A stretch of 64,000 nucleotides of DNA, from contig CM082592.2 in the NCBI GenBank assembly GCA_040954595.2, positions 1,302,001-1,366,000 on the forward strand, in the 5' to 3' direction. Source of the DNA: Balanoglossus misakiensis (lineage: Eukaryota > Animalia > Hemichordata). The notes under the pieces were generated by a model. The model made no database searches. It saw only the letters and a program-made list of their open reading frames with translations, and had not been told where the DNA came from. The position numbers and the translations under genes were made by a program. How positions within the stretch are numbered: the first letter of the stretch is position 1; each line of letters begins with the position of its first letter. Positions 25,633 through 37,000 of this stretch are shown here, piece by piece.

Positions 25633-28051
25633 TATGAAAGCCCGTTAGGGACATTTCGTAAAGCAAAAACAATTGTTTTATCTCGTGAGCACGAGATACT
25701 AAGTCGTGCGCACGAGATACTAAGTCGCGCGCACGAGATACTAAGTCGTGAGCACGATATACTAAGTCGTGCGCACGAGATAATTATCTCGTGCTCACGA
25801 AATAATTTCGCATGTTATTGCAATGAACCTAAGGAGTCAAAAGCTTAACTGATCAATGCGGGAGGTTATGTGGCCATACAGTTTTATTATTATGTATGTC
25901 ACATTCAATGTCACCAGAAAGTCACTGCTAAATATCAGACTAAGGGCTTTCCAGATCTGAGTCTCAAGCATTTCATCACAATGTTTTGAAGGGTGGGTAA
26001 TAGTTCTAAATTTTGCTTTGCTTTGAGTTATACACTTATTAAACACTGAAACGGGTATTGGCTACGTCGCCGAATTTAGAGTTGTAGCGAATCTTTTTGG
26101 AGCAAGAAATAGCAGCTTATCACTCGCTTAAACATAAAAGATCGAAACATATGTATTCACGTCAGTGTTCCGGGCAATGTGTTTCACTCCACCGTCAATG
26201 TTTAGGAATAGCAAAATATACTAGAATTCCAGTGCTATATAATAACTGCTAACTGCATCATAGTACGTATACCGCTTCCGATCATAAGACCCCCAAACGT
26301 TTTTTGCTTGATTTGTAAACTGTAATACATTCCTGTATCAACTCATAGGAATACACCTTATTTTAATCCCGACAAAATAATTTGAAGTGTAGGATTGTCA
26401 CTCCTTTGGATTTTTTGTGAAAAACATATAAAATAATCCATAACAAAACTCAACACCATAAAAACATCAAAACAATCATCTACTCCAAACCTTCCAAAGT
26501 CCACTATTTGAGAACACTGACAGTGATAAAACACTGGCTACAAGTGGATTACTTGAGAGGTGGAGTCTGCTTAAAAAGGTGAATGATTTTTTCCGAAGTA
26601 TTTCATCAAAAGTTAAAATAGAAAGATTAACAAACATCGCACTGTTGCTCTGAATAAAAGAATGTTTAAAACCAGACAATTTACGGAAAACCTGGGAGTA
26701 AGCTCTCCTAACTGCATTAAAAATACACACAGAAAAAGTACTCCATAAGTAAGAGCAATACGGGATATCACAAAATACAGAAAACTAATGACATTTAACA
26801 GAGATAGACGCAAATTTAAAATCATGAATAATAGCATTACCGCGAACATAAAATTGGCGAGTTGAGCTAGAATGTCCTCATTATCCCTAAGGTCACAAGT
26901 GATAAGGTGACCAAGATATTTACAAACATTGACAAAATTCAGCATTCGGCCGTTCAGATAAATTGGAACGTGTCTGAGCCAGCGCATACTTGGTTGAATT
27001 AACATACAGACTGTTTTTTCTCATTAAAGAAAATTGAATTATTGCTGCCATAATGACCACAAGTATCAACAAGCATCTGCTGGCCATAGGCTCCAGTAGA
27101 TATAATAACTAAATCATCGGCGTAAATTAAATGATTAACCTTATAGTCCCTACAAGGCAGCCATACGGAAGAGCGGAAAGATTTTTGCTGATATCATCAA
27201 AGTAAACTGTGAAAAATATAGGTGACGTAATTCCACCCTGTTTAACCCCATTATTTGAGTGAAAAGGTTCAAATAACCCATTCCATCTCACCACAAAATC
27301 TTGGTGCCTATACATGTACGACAAAATCTTAATGACATAAGGGTTGACACCTCTCGCCAAAAGTTTTACAATGAGAATATCCTGTGAGTTGATACAGGAA
27401 TGTATTACACATTACAAATCAAGCAAAAAACGTTTGGGGGTCTTATGATCGGAAGCGGTACTATGATGCAGTTATTATATAGCACTGGCATTCTAGTATA
27501 TTTTGCTATTCCTAAACATTGACGGTGGAGTGAAACACATTGCCCGGAACACTGACGTGAATACATATGTTTCGATATTTTATGTTTAAGCGAGTGATAA
27601 GCTGCTTTTTCTTGCTCCGAAAAGATTCGCTACAACTCTAAATTTGGCGACGTAGCCAATACCTGTTTCAGTGTTTAATAAGTGTATAACTCAAAGCAAA
27701 GCAAAATTTAGAACTATTACCCGCTCTTCAAAACATTGAGATGAAATGCTCGAGACTCAGATCTGGAAAGCCCTTAGTCTGAAATTTAGCAGTGACTTTC
27801 TGGTGACATTGAATGTGACATACATAATAATAAAACTGTCTGCCCACGTAACCACCCGCATTGCAATAACACGCGATAGTATTTCGTGAGCACGAGATAA
27901 TTATCTCGTGCGCACGACTTAGTATCTCGTGAGCACGAGATAATTATCTCGTGCGCACGACTTAGTATCTCGTGCGCACGAGATACTAAGTCGTGAGCAC
28001 GAGATAAAAAAAAATGTTTGCTTTACGAAATGTCCCTAACGGGCTTTCATA
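25633..28051. mobile_element. Foldback-like non-autonomous DNA transposon (IS3EU-like TAY...RTA ends, 6-bp TSD) with inverted arms of about 700 bp
   Basis: TATGAAAGCCCGTTAGGGACATTTCGTAAAGCAAA at both ends; TSD CCGATC/CTGATC; arrays of palindromic CTCGTGCGCACGAG 21-mers; excision restores GNSADHISSHSWYNYF. Confidence 0.88.
26355..27378 (-). mobile_element. 5'-truncated LINE RT fragment at the centre of the foldback element
   Basis: HQDFVVRWNG...GVKQGGITSPIFF, NHLIYADDL, KYLGHLI; same broad family as the LINE at 10331-18282. Confidence 0.85.
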
Positions 28052-28888
28052 CTGATCATATTAGTAGTCATTCATGGTACAATTATTTCGGTGAATTGTA
28101 TAAAGAATGTACCGATGTAAAAACAGGTGACTTGGATTTTCTGAGAACTGTGCAAAAAGCTATTGACCAGTTCACCAGTGAAAACAATGATAATTATGTA
28201 TTTGGTGGTGATATTGATGATGACATAGTATATTGAAAGATCCAATTTCTGATATTGAAGTGTTACAGTGTTTGAAAAAAGTTGAAAACTGGTAGAGCGC
28301 CAGGCCCAGATGGTATTCCAAACAAATTATATACATATGCCTCGGAAAAAATACTTCCTGTACTTGTAGAACTGTTCAACTATATTTATAGCTCTGATAT
28401 ATTCCCTTCAGAATAGTCCGTTGCTATTGTAATTCCCTTCTTCAAAAAGGGGGATAAAATGATATAAATAATTATAGGGGTATCTCCCTACTAAACTTAT
28501 TAGGTAAAATTTTCACAGCTGTTTTAAATGAAAGGTTCACTATGTGGTCTAACGCAACAAATGTAATTTCAGACTGCCAAGCAGGCTTCAGAAAGAACCA
28601 TAGTACTGTGGATAATATTTTTGTTTTACATGCGATAATTCAGAAATATTTAAGTAGTAGACGTGGCAGGTTATATTGTTTATTTGTAGATTTTTCGAAA
28701 GCCTGCAATAGAGTGAACCACTCACTTTTATTATACAAACTGATGTCTTTGGGTGTTAAGGGAAATATGTTCAAAATTCTGCAATCCATGTACAGTAATA
28801 TTAAATATTGCGTCAGAGTTGGTTCATTTTCTTCAGAATACTTCAATTGCCCAGCTGGTGTACGACAGGGGTGAAACTGGAATTTATT

Positions 28889-30714
28889 TCTTTTGAATGT
28901 CATTTTAAGTTATTTGATGCTAAGATCCTACAAATTCTTTGCTATGGGTCAGAGATTTGGGGTTTCCACTGCTATGATATTATCGAGAAAGTTCAACGAA
29001 CCTGGTGTAGAAAGTTACCGGGTGTCCCAAATAGTACAGCAAATGAAGCTGTAGTTGGAGAGTGTGGTCGATTGCCTGTCTTTTTTCACACATTGAAACG
29101 TTCTTTCCGCTATTGGGCGAAACTCACTGAAATGCCGCAGGAGAGACTCCCTAGGCAAGCGTATTTAATGCTTTGTAACCTCGACCATTTAGGTCGACAC
29201 ACATGAGCGACATCTCATTCAGTGAAATTTATTTATTTTCGTATGACGTTGGTCATGTATGGATCTCGCAAAAGATAGATGACAAACAGTTGTTCTTTTG
29301 AACATTTGAAACACGTATTACATATATCTTTAAACAGCAGTGGAAAGGTAACTGTTCATCTAAAAACAAACTTCGTACTTATACACAGTTCAAGTCTTTG
29401 CTTGAACCTGAAAAATGCATTTTCTTAAAGTGTTCACGTGATGTAAGACAGATTTTTGCTTGTTTCCGATGCTCTGTTCTCCTCTCGCAATAGACGTAGG
29501 GAGGCGTCAGAACATAGATATCTCATCAAGATATTGTAAGGTATGCACGGGTAACCATGTAGAAGATGAGTACCACTTTTTTACTGGTGTGTCCTCTGTA
29601 TGCCAATTTAAGAAAATGCCACATTCCACAACAAGATGTTAATTTTCCCCACTTCCAAACATTTTTGAGAATTATGAGCGAAAAGGATTCAACAAAAAAT
29701 CCTTACAAAATGTAATTTCTTATACAAAGATTTCAAATTCAGAGAATCAGTTTTGAAAAACACTGAAATGTTATAATTTTACATCTTTTGAATGCCATTT
29801 TAAGTAATTTGATTTATTTTACATCTTTTGAATGTCATTTTAAGTTATTTGATGCTAAGATCCTAGCATTTCTTTGCTATGGGTCAGAGATTTGGGGTTT
29901 CCAGTTCTATGATATTATCGAGAACGTTCAACGAACCTGGTGTAGAAAGTTACTGGGTGTCCCAAATTGTACAGCAAATGAAGCTGTAGTTGGAGAATGA
30001 GGTCGAGTGCCTGTCTTTTTTCACACATTGAAACGTTCTTTCCGCTATTGGGCGAAACTCACTGAAATGCCGCAAGAGAGACTCCATAGGCAAGCGTATT
30101 TAATGCTTTGTAACCTCGACCATTTAGGTCGACACACGTGAGCGACATCAGTGAAATTTATTTTATTTTCGTATGGCTTTGGTCACGTATGGCTCTCGCA
30201 AAAGATAGATGACAAACAGTTGTTCTTTTGAACATTTGAAACACGTATTACATATATCTTTAAACAGCAATGGAAAGGTAACTGTTCATCTAAAAACAAA
30301 CTTCGTACTTATACACAGTTCAAGTCTTTGCTTGAACCTGAAAAATGCATTTTCTTAAAATGTTCACGTGATGTAAGACAGATTTTTGCTTGTTTCCGAT
30401 GCTCTGTTCTCCTCTCGCAATAGACGTAGGGAGGCGTCAGAACATAGATATCTCAGCAAGATATTGTAAGGTATGCACGGGTAACCATGTAGAAGATGAG
30501 TACCACTTTTTACTGGTGTGTCCTCTGTATGCCAATTTGAGAAAATGCCACATTCCACAACAAGATGTTAATGTTCCCCACTTCCAAACATTTTTGAGAA
30601 TTATGAACAAAAAGGATTCAACAAAAATCCTTACAAAATGTAATTTCTTATACAAAGATTTCCAATTCAGAGAATCAGTTTTGAAAAACACTGAAATGTT
30701 ATAATTTTACATCT
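28889..30714 (+). repeat. Tandem duplication (about 0.9 kb x2) of the LINE ORF2 C-terminal region
   Basis: Copies at 28889-29786 and 29824-30714; both encode SFECHFKLFDAKIL...SVLKNTEML. Confidence 0.93.
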
Positions 30715-31559
30715 ACACAGTCTGAATGTTTTCTACACATATATTTATTGTATCATTGTTTATTTGTTTTAACACTGTATCGTGTATACCTTCCACCTGT
30801 ACCCCATTGCTTATGGGCTGGAAGCCTTAGAAAGTAACAAATCGTAAATATATGTAAAAAAATCTATATTAATATCAGTTTTCTTGTTTACGTACACTCT
30901 TATAACAATTGAAAATCTTGAGAATGCCTATTACATCAAGTTGACAACCCTCGCACGTGTGCGTCTTGTACATAAACAAAAATAGTCTGGTGTGTGGACC
31001 CGCCTCCCTTTTTTTACAGGAAGTAGTTTCGGAATACTAGTACCTTTTTATGCAATCAGTCCACATTCATCATCACTTTTGTGTCAGAACTATAGTCTAA
31101 GTCACCTACCTAATCATTTCAAACGGGTGATCACGATAGCCAGAACAGCCAATTTAACCAACCAGGTTCAAGAACCTGAGAACGGGTGCTAAAAGCATGC
31201 GAAAGATGTATTGACGAGATAAACATTGGGAACAATGTGATTACGGGATGTGTTACTGGTCCAACTTGTAACAGTATAGAAAAAAATTTCCAATTTCCGA
31301 AAAGTAGCCGTTTTTTAAACTTTATTCAAGGAAATTAGTGTTTTGTTCACAGTACAATAGATTTCGATATTGTTCTATGATTATTTTCAAGATGTTTGCG
31401 AGTGTGCAGAAACAAACAAATAAACTGTGAAATTTCCATAGAATAATGAAGGAGCCATCTTTGGGTTGTATGGGTTTGAATATTTCACTGAAAGAAACTA
31501 ATAACTAAATTATGAATTCAATTAATAGTACAATTCGCAAAAAAATAGCTAGTCACTCC

Positions 31560-31700
31560 AAAAGGGTCAGTGCTTGGAAATGTGAGAGCCTGGAAATTCC
31601 CAAGCACTGACAAGGGTCGGTGGTCGGAAATATCCAGACACTCGGGGAATGTGAGAGCCTGGAAATTTCCAAGCATTGACAGGGTCAGTGCTGGAAATCT
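31560..31700. repeat. Cluster of short direct and inverted repeats
   Basis: Repeated AGGGTCAGTGCT(T)GGAAAT and GTGAGAGCCTGGAAATTYCCAAGCAYTGACA. Confidence 0.6.
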
Positions 31701-31885
31701 TGAGTTTCTCTATCATGTTTCAAATTTTGACCTTTAGGAAAACGATCTGTTGAGGAACTTCGGCTGTGTTTATATCTTCAACCCTACGGATGAGTTTGGT
31801 CATTTGACTGCAGTGGCCTCTTCTGCTGTTCTTCTTTCTCTGTCCATGCCATAGATCCTGGTCTCGGCACCAACAAATGTACGGC

Positions 31886-32181
31886 CACATGGATTTATTC
31901 AGGGAACGTTTAAGTAAGAATTATATGATATAAACTGAATAAATTTGTTGTCGGTCAACTCTTCTGTCTTTGTCTTACCGATACGGTTCTAACCGGAACA
32001 CTGAGGATTCTCTGCTCATACACTACACATTATAAACAATGGATGATAAAATGCGCCCTCTTTCGGTGTTCCGGTTAGAACCGTATCGGTAAGACAAAGA
32101 CAGAAGAGTTGACCGACAACAAATTTATTCAGTTTATATCATATAATTCTTACTGAAACGTTCCCTGAATAAATCCCTGTG
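31886..32181. repeat. Near-perfect palindrome (arms about 118 bp, spacer about 57 bp)
   Basis: GGATTTATTCAGGGAACGTTT...CCGGAACAC is mirrored by GTGTTCCGG...AAACGTTCCCTGAATAAATCC. Confidence 0.92.
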
Positions 32182-32434
32182 CTTACTTTATATACACACT
32201 ATACACGTACATATGCATTTAGGTTCGTACGCATACATTATGTTTTTAAGTTGCATTGTTTCATTGCTACTAAATATATGCGATAATTCATTCCACTATA
32301 TTTTCTGGTTAAACAAATGAAATACCAGTGTAACACATCTCTTGAATGTCTTATACAAGTTTAATAAGGAAAGAACAATTGGTCGGTTAGTTGGTTTGTT
32401 TGGTGAGTTGGTTGATGAAATGATTGGTGATTAA

Positions 32435-33083
32435 GATGGGGCACCGGTATCTTTTTGCCCGTTGCTATGCGCCCTTATAGAACAGTAAATTCAATTTTGA
32501 ACGTAACCGCTATGAACGTTGCACATGGGGCTTGTAACGATTGTGTGCACACACCTTTCCGACCATAGTCCGCCACACTACAACGACAAAGCAACGGTCA
32601 GCGAAAGCGTGTGCGTCCTGTTTTCGTCATAGGCCACGTACGCCAGTCAAATTTGAGCTGCTGACAGAGAATACAATTCTGCATAGCATGAAGGAACGTT
32701 GGCACGGTTATTTTTGCTAAGAAGCGTCCAAAAACACCCCAGATCGATTATTTTTCACTGGTGATACGGGTATGATGAAATTCACAGATACAACGACCAT
32801 ATTCGATAGCAAAATCCTTCATGATATTCTCTGGTTTGTGCAACAAACGGATATGTATCAAGTTCGTTTTTGAGGTCACGGGCTGAAAAGCCTGTTTTTT
32901 TAAAACTTGGCCTGTTTAATTTGCATATAAATGGCGTCAGAGGTGCGTGCTCACAATCGTGCAGAGTTTCAACTAGTTAGGCTACCAGCCCCTTGTTAGC
33001 TTCTGAAAACGGTTTAGTCCAAAGCGGGGTGTAATGTCTAAAACAACCCAGAGAAACGGATAAAAAGATACGGGTGCTCCTTC
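32435..33083. mobile_element. TTAA-flanked MITE (Kolobok-like)
   Basis: TTAA-GATGGGGCACCGGTATCTTTTT ... AAAAAGATACGGGTGCTCCTTC-TTAA. Confidence 0.72.
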
Positions 33084-34028
33084 TTAAAATCAGATGAAGT
33101 GTTGGGCTCCGTCTTTATGCTGCAATCTGATTAAAATCAGATGTAGGGTACGGCGACATCTTTTACTTACGCGGTCCGGTATTCTTATGCTGTCGCATCA
33201 CACTAAAATATAATCGCCATATCCGCGCATTGCCTTATTTTTGATGGTTTTATCACATTTTCGGTATGAAAGTAGTATTTGACTTTTGACGACACTGGGT
33301 CACCTCCAATCCCTCAATATGCGTACAATGATCTGTGATATGTATCACCAATACCACTCGCCGACCTTGTAACAGACAACATCACTGTTTGACCGGTGAC
33401 TCGATATCGATGTCCGTCAACAGTCATTGTAAAACATCTCTTTTCATAGGACCATGGTACAAATGTACAAAGTACATAATCATAAAATACCGCAATTGAA
33501 GGCTAAGAGCTACAGACCTGGCGTATACTGTGGACATTATATCGCACTAATGATAGACTAGTGTTGAGCATTCTCCGTGCCTCCGCCATTAACCCTTTTA
33601 ACTCCACTTAAAAGTTTAAAGCTTTTAGGACAATATAAAGATGAATACGCACAATATTCCAAAATGTCGAAGTGTTTTGTTGTTTATAGACGGCGAAAGG
33701 TTGACTGGAGAATAAGGAGGGCATATCGACACTAGGGGGGTTAGCATTATCTACACACTGGGGTTATCTGTACAAAATGTAGAGCGAAGAACACCAGTGT
33801 CTGTATTTATTGGTCGAGAGACAAATTTACCCCCAATCAAAATAGGTTGGAGACTGCATTATCTTTACAAATAGTTTAAACAGATGGAGTGGCAGAGTGC
33901 CTCCTCTTCAGGGATATAATTTACATATAACTATACAACTTTAAAAGGGCAAAGCTCGGTGGAAAACCCGATAATACGCTGGATGTTCTTACACTATCCA
34001 ACGAAAACCACGAAGAACGGCTGTTGCG

Positions 34029-34067
34029 ATGAAACGTGATCTCTTGTTTGCTCTGGTACTCAGCCAG
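34029..34067 (+). CDS. CTL-PAN gene exon 1 (signal peptide)
   Basis: MKRDLLFALVLSQ followed by CAG/GTGAGT donor. Confidence 0.78.
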
Positions 34068-37000
34068 GTGAGTTAAAGATGCTAGCTGTGAGCTTTCGCT
34101 GTGTATTCAGTATTTTCGTTTCATTTCGTATGCCGGGAACCGGATGGATGAACGTCCAGCATTTAGCGTATCAACACACCATCTATGTGTATATAGCCAG
34201 CATTGTTATTGTGCAAAATTTTAATTCAAGTCCGGACTAGAATTCGTATTTGCTGTTGCCAACTTGCTAAACATAAAAGTTTTTCGGGAAAGGGTTAGTT
34301 ATGGAAACACCTTAACATTTGAAGCAAACGCCTTGTGTTAACCGAGAGTTGAAAATTATTCAAATTCCGAGAAAATTGGCGTTTTATTCGTCTGCACCGT
34401 TTTCTTTCTTTTGTCAGATTTATGCTCGGGTTCACTCCGGTGAGTACTCTTTAGGGACCGTTCAGTTTTTACGGCAGGGGGGGGGGGGCGGCAAGTTTGT
34501 GTCATCGGTTCTCAAAATCAGGCCGACCCCCCCCCTTCACCCAGGACCAAAAAATGATGACCCCCCCCCCTTTGACAGACCCAAAAATATGATGACCCCC
34601 CCCCCCCCACGCCAAAAACATTCGCCGTCCTGATCCTATGTACACTGTATGCAATAAAGGGAATGAGGCTCCTCACACCTAAATTATAAATTTCTTAATG
34701 TATTATTGAAGTATATAATAGTATATCGTAGCAATAAAGAAATATATGAACAAATTAAAATGACAAGTCAATACAATAGTTGCTAGAATCGGTAAAACAA
34801 GAAAAGTGGCGGGGGTGGGCGTGAATAAGAAAATTTTGTAAAATACGGTGCTCAAAGTTGCAATTTAATGATCTCAAAAGCAAATTAACTCAATGTTAGG
34901 GAGGACAAATTTCAATTTTGCCACTCCACTCAAAGTAAGCATCGGGGGTGGGGTGGCAAGAAGTCTTCCCTGGTACACTAGACAAACCAGTGAATAAATG
35001 CAATGTGGCGAAGAATGGAGGGGGTGGGTGTGGGTGTCCCCCTCCCACATAAGACAATTTTGTAAAATATGTAGCGCAAAGTAGCATTTTAATGGACTCA
35101 AAAGCAAATTATCTCAATGTTTGGGAGGACCAATTTTACTTTTTGCCACTCCACTCAAAGTTAGAAGATTTGGCGTCATCTTGTCATGACATCATTTATA
35201 AAACTTCTAGTATATAGAAGATGCAGCGCGAAACTATCAGTTAACCCAAATGGTTGAAACAATTATTCTCCTTTATGTATTCACTTTGTTAAATATTATC
35301 GTCGGTGGGGTTGGGGTGGCAAGCACTCTGCCCTGGTAGACTAGACAAACCAGTGACTAAATGAAATGTGGCGGAGAATGAAGGGGGTGGGTGAAAAAAA
35401 AAGAAAAATTTTGTAAAATAAAGGGTGCGAAACTGCAATTTTGTGGACTCAAAAGCAAAAGTTCGGTGGCAAATGTATGTGACCCCCCCTAAACGTTTAA
35501 AAAAACCCAGATTACCCCCCCCTTGTGAACTTCAAAATTTAAGTGACCCCCCTGGATTTTGCCGGGCTCCACCACCCCCACCCCCCCCCCCCGGCCGTAA
35601 AAACTGAACGGTCCATTAACTCTGATATCATTTTACCGTACCAGTGTAAATACATGTCAAATAGTTCTGCCACTAATGAGATTTCTGTTTCTTGTACATA
35701 GATAGTGCGGAGATATTGCTGATGTATGTTCGACAGGGAATAAAAAGGGGCTTTTAGTGACCATTCATTCATTCATTCATACATTCATTCATCCATTGCC
35801 ACGCCTGTGAGTCAACGTTTTCCTATAGGAAAACTAAAGTCGCCGTGGAGACTAAGACGCACACGAATGTAAACACCCGCCTTTCAAGTAGTCGTGTAGT
35901 TATTTTTAGAACGCACACAAATTACTATAATTATGTGGTCAACGTGTTTTCTTTTTATTTTATTGTTGCAATTATCGTGACACTCACGCCTTTTCCAGAA
36001 CCAGTGTTATTTTATTCGGCGAAGGCCTACGACGATGCTGAGGCTTCATGTGAATCCAAGGGAATGATTCTGGCGAAAGACATTTCCCCGCAAACACACA
36101 ATAAACTACTACAAATGATAGCAAATGGAATCTTCACCGACAAAGATTTCTGGATAAACGGCAGGCGTATATATGGTAACATTTTTGGAACCAGCGACGG
36201 AAAACTGTTGACTGATTATCAACCTTGGGCCGATGGAGAACCGAGTGGAAATGGTTATTGTCTACAACTGTGGTGTGTATACATTTACTGTTATTCCACT
36301 TATTCATTGTGGTATATATTTTACCTCTCAATATTGCTTTTATAATTGGAATATTCTTAGTAACGTATTTTTGTGGCTGTCTCCGTTTTAAGTGTTGTGT
36401 ATGTGTTTCATGCGATTTTTTATGATAATTATGTTATTGGCATTTGTAAGATATGTGTACATGTTTGTATATAATGAAATGAAGTTAACAACAATAATAA
36501 TTATTGCTCCACGAATATTTTATCTTTAGCAGCTAATAATAATGAACATTTCTATCCTTTTGCTGAAACAGAATATGTAAAATTCAACCCTAAACAGTTC
36601 AGAATGTTCTCAAACAAGGAAACCATTACTTTTGTACGCCCAGAAGCAATAGTGAATGAGAAAGTGATAATATGATCAACATCAGAATTATACCTTTTAC
36701 ATCGGAAATGCAACGGAAACAGTTATAAATCAATGGAAAAGAAAAGAGATCGGTTGAGTTACCTTTGTCTTTCTGCGAAAAAAAAATATTTCCATTTCAG
36801 GCATAACTATAATCGTGGATGGGACGATGTTGAGTGTCATCAACGGAAATACTATATATGTGAGGACCTAGGTAAAAAATCAATTATTACTTTACATAGT
36901 GCGTGTTGTTCCTCTTCAATTACACATAACTCATTCCGAACTAATTCAGCTGAACTTTCCAGGGATCACACAAATCAGTGAAAAATTCAGCTGATTTTTT

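Larger units (their letters stand above)
23191..30850 (+). mobile_element. Dead RTE-X-like non-LTR retrotransposon (ORF1 with 2A-like motif, coiled coil and RRM; APE-RT ORF2), with an insertion, an RT deletion and a duplicated 3' segment
   Basis: MGVGLGLYRAKIGVF, NIETNPGP, ENRGKRNNLIFYGV; APE: WNIRGL, GGDLNARTG, STVDY, DSDHFP; RT: QAGFRKNHSTVDNIF, FVDFSKA, GVRQG; C-terminal RYCKVC...EDEYHFLLVCPLY. Ends approximate. Confidence 0.88.
32182..34104 (+). repeat. Segmental duplication copy A (lectin upstream region plus exon 1)
   Basis: Colinear with 41406-43073 apart from indels. Confidence 0.92.

Noticed and set aside
25678-25800. Regular palindromic 21-bp repeats resembling a CRISPR array
   Set aside because: No unique spacers, no cas genes, mirrored at 27880-28005; these are subterminal repeats of a DNA transposon.
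31886-32181. Possible Penelope-type hammerhead ribozyme in the palindrome
   Set aside because: A CTGANGA and a GAAA are present, but I could not build a three-stem hammerhead core around them.
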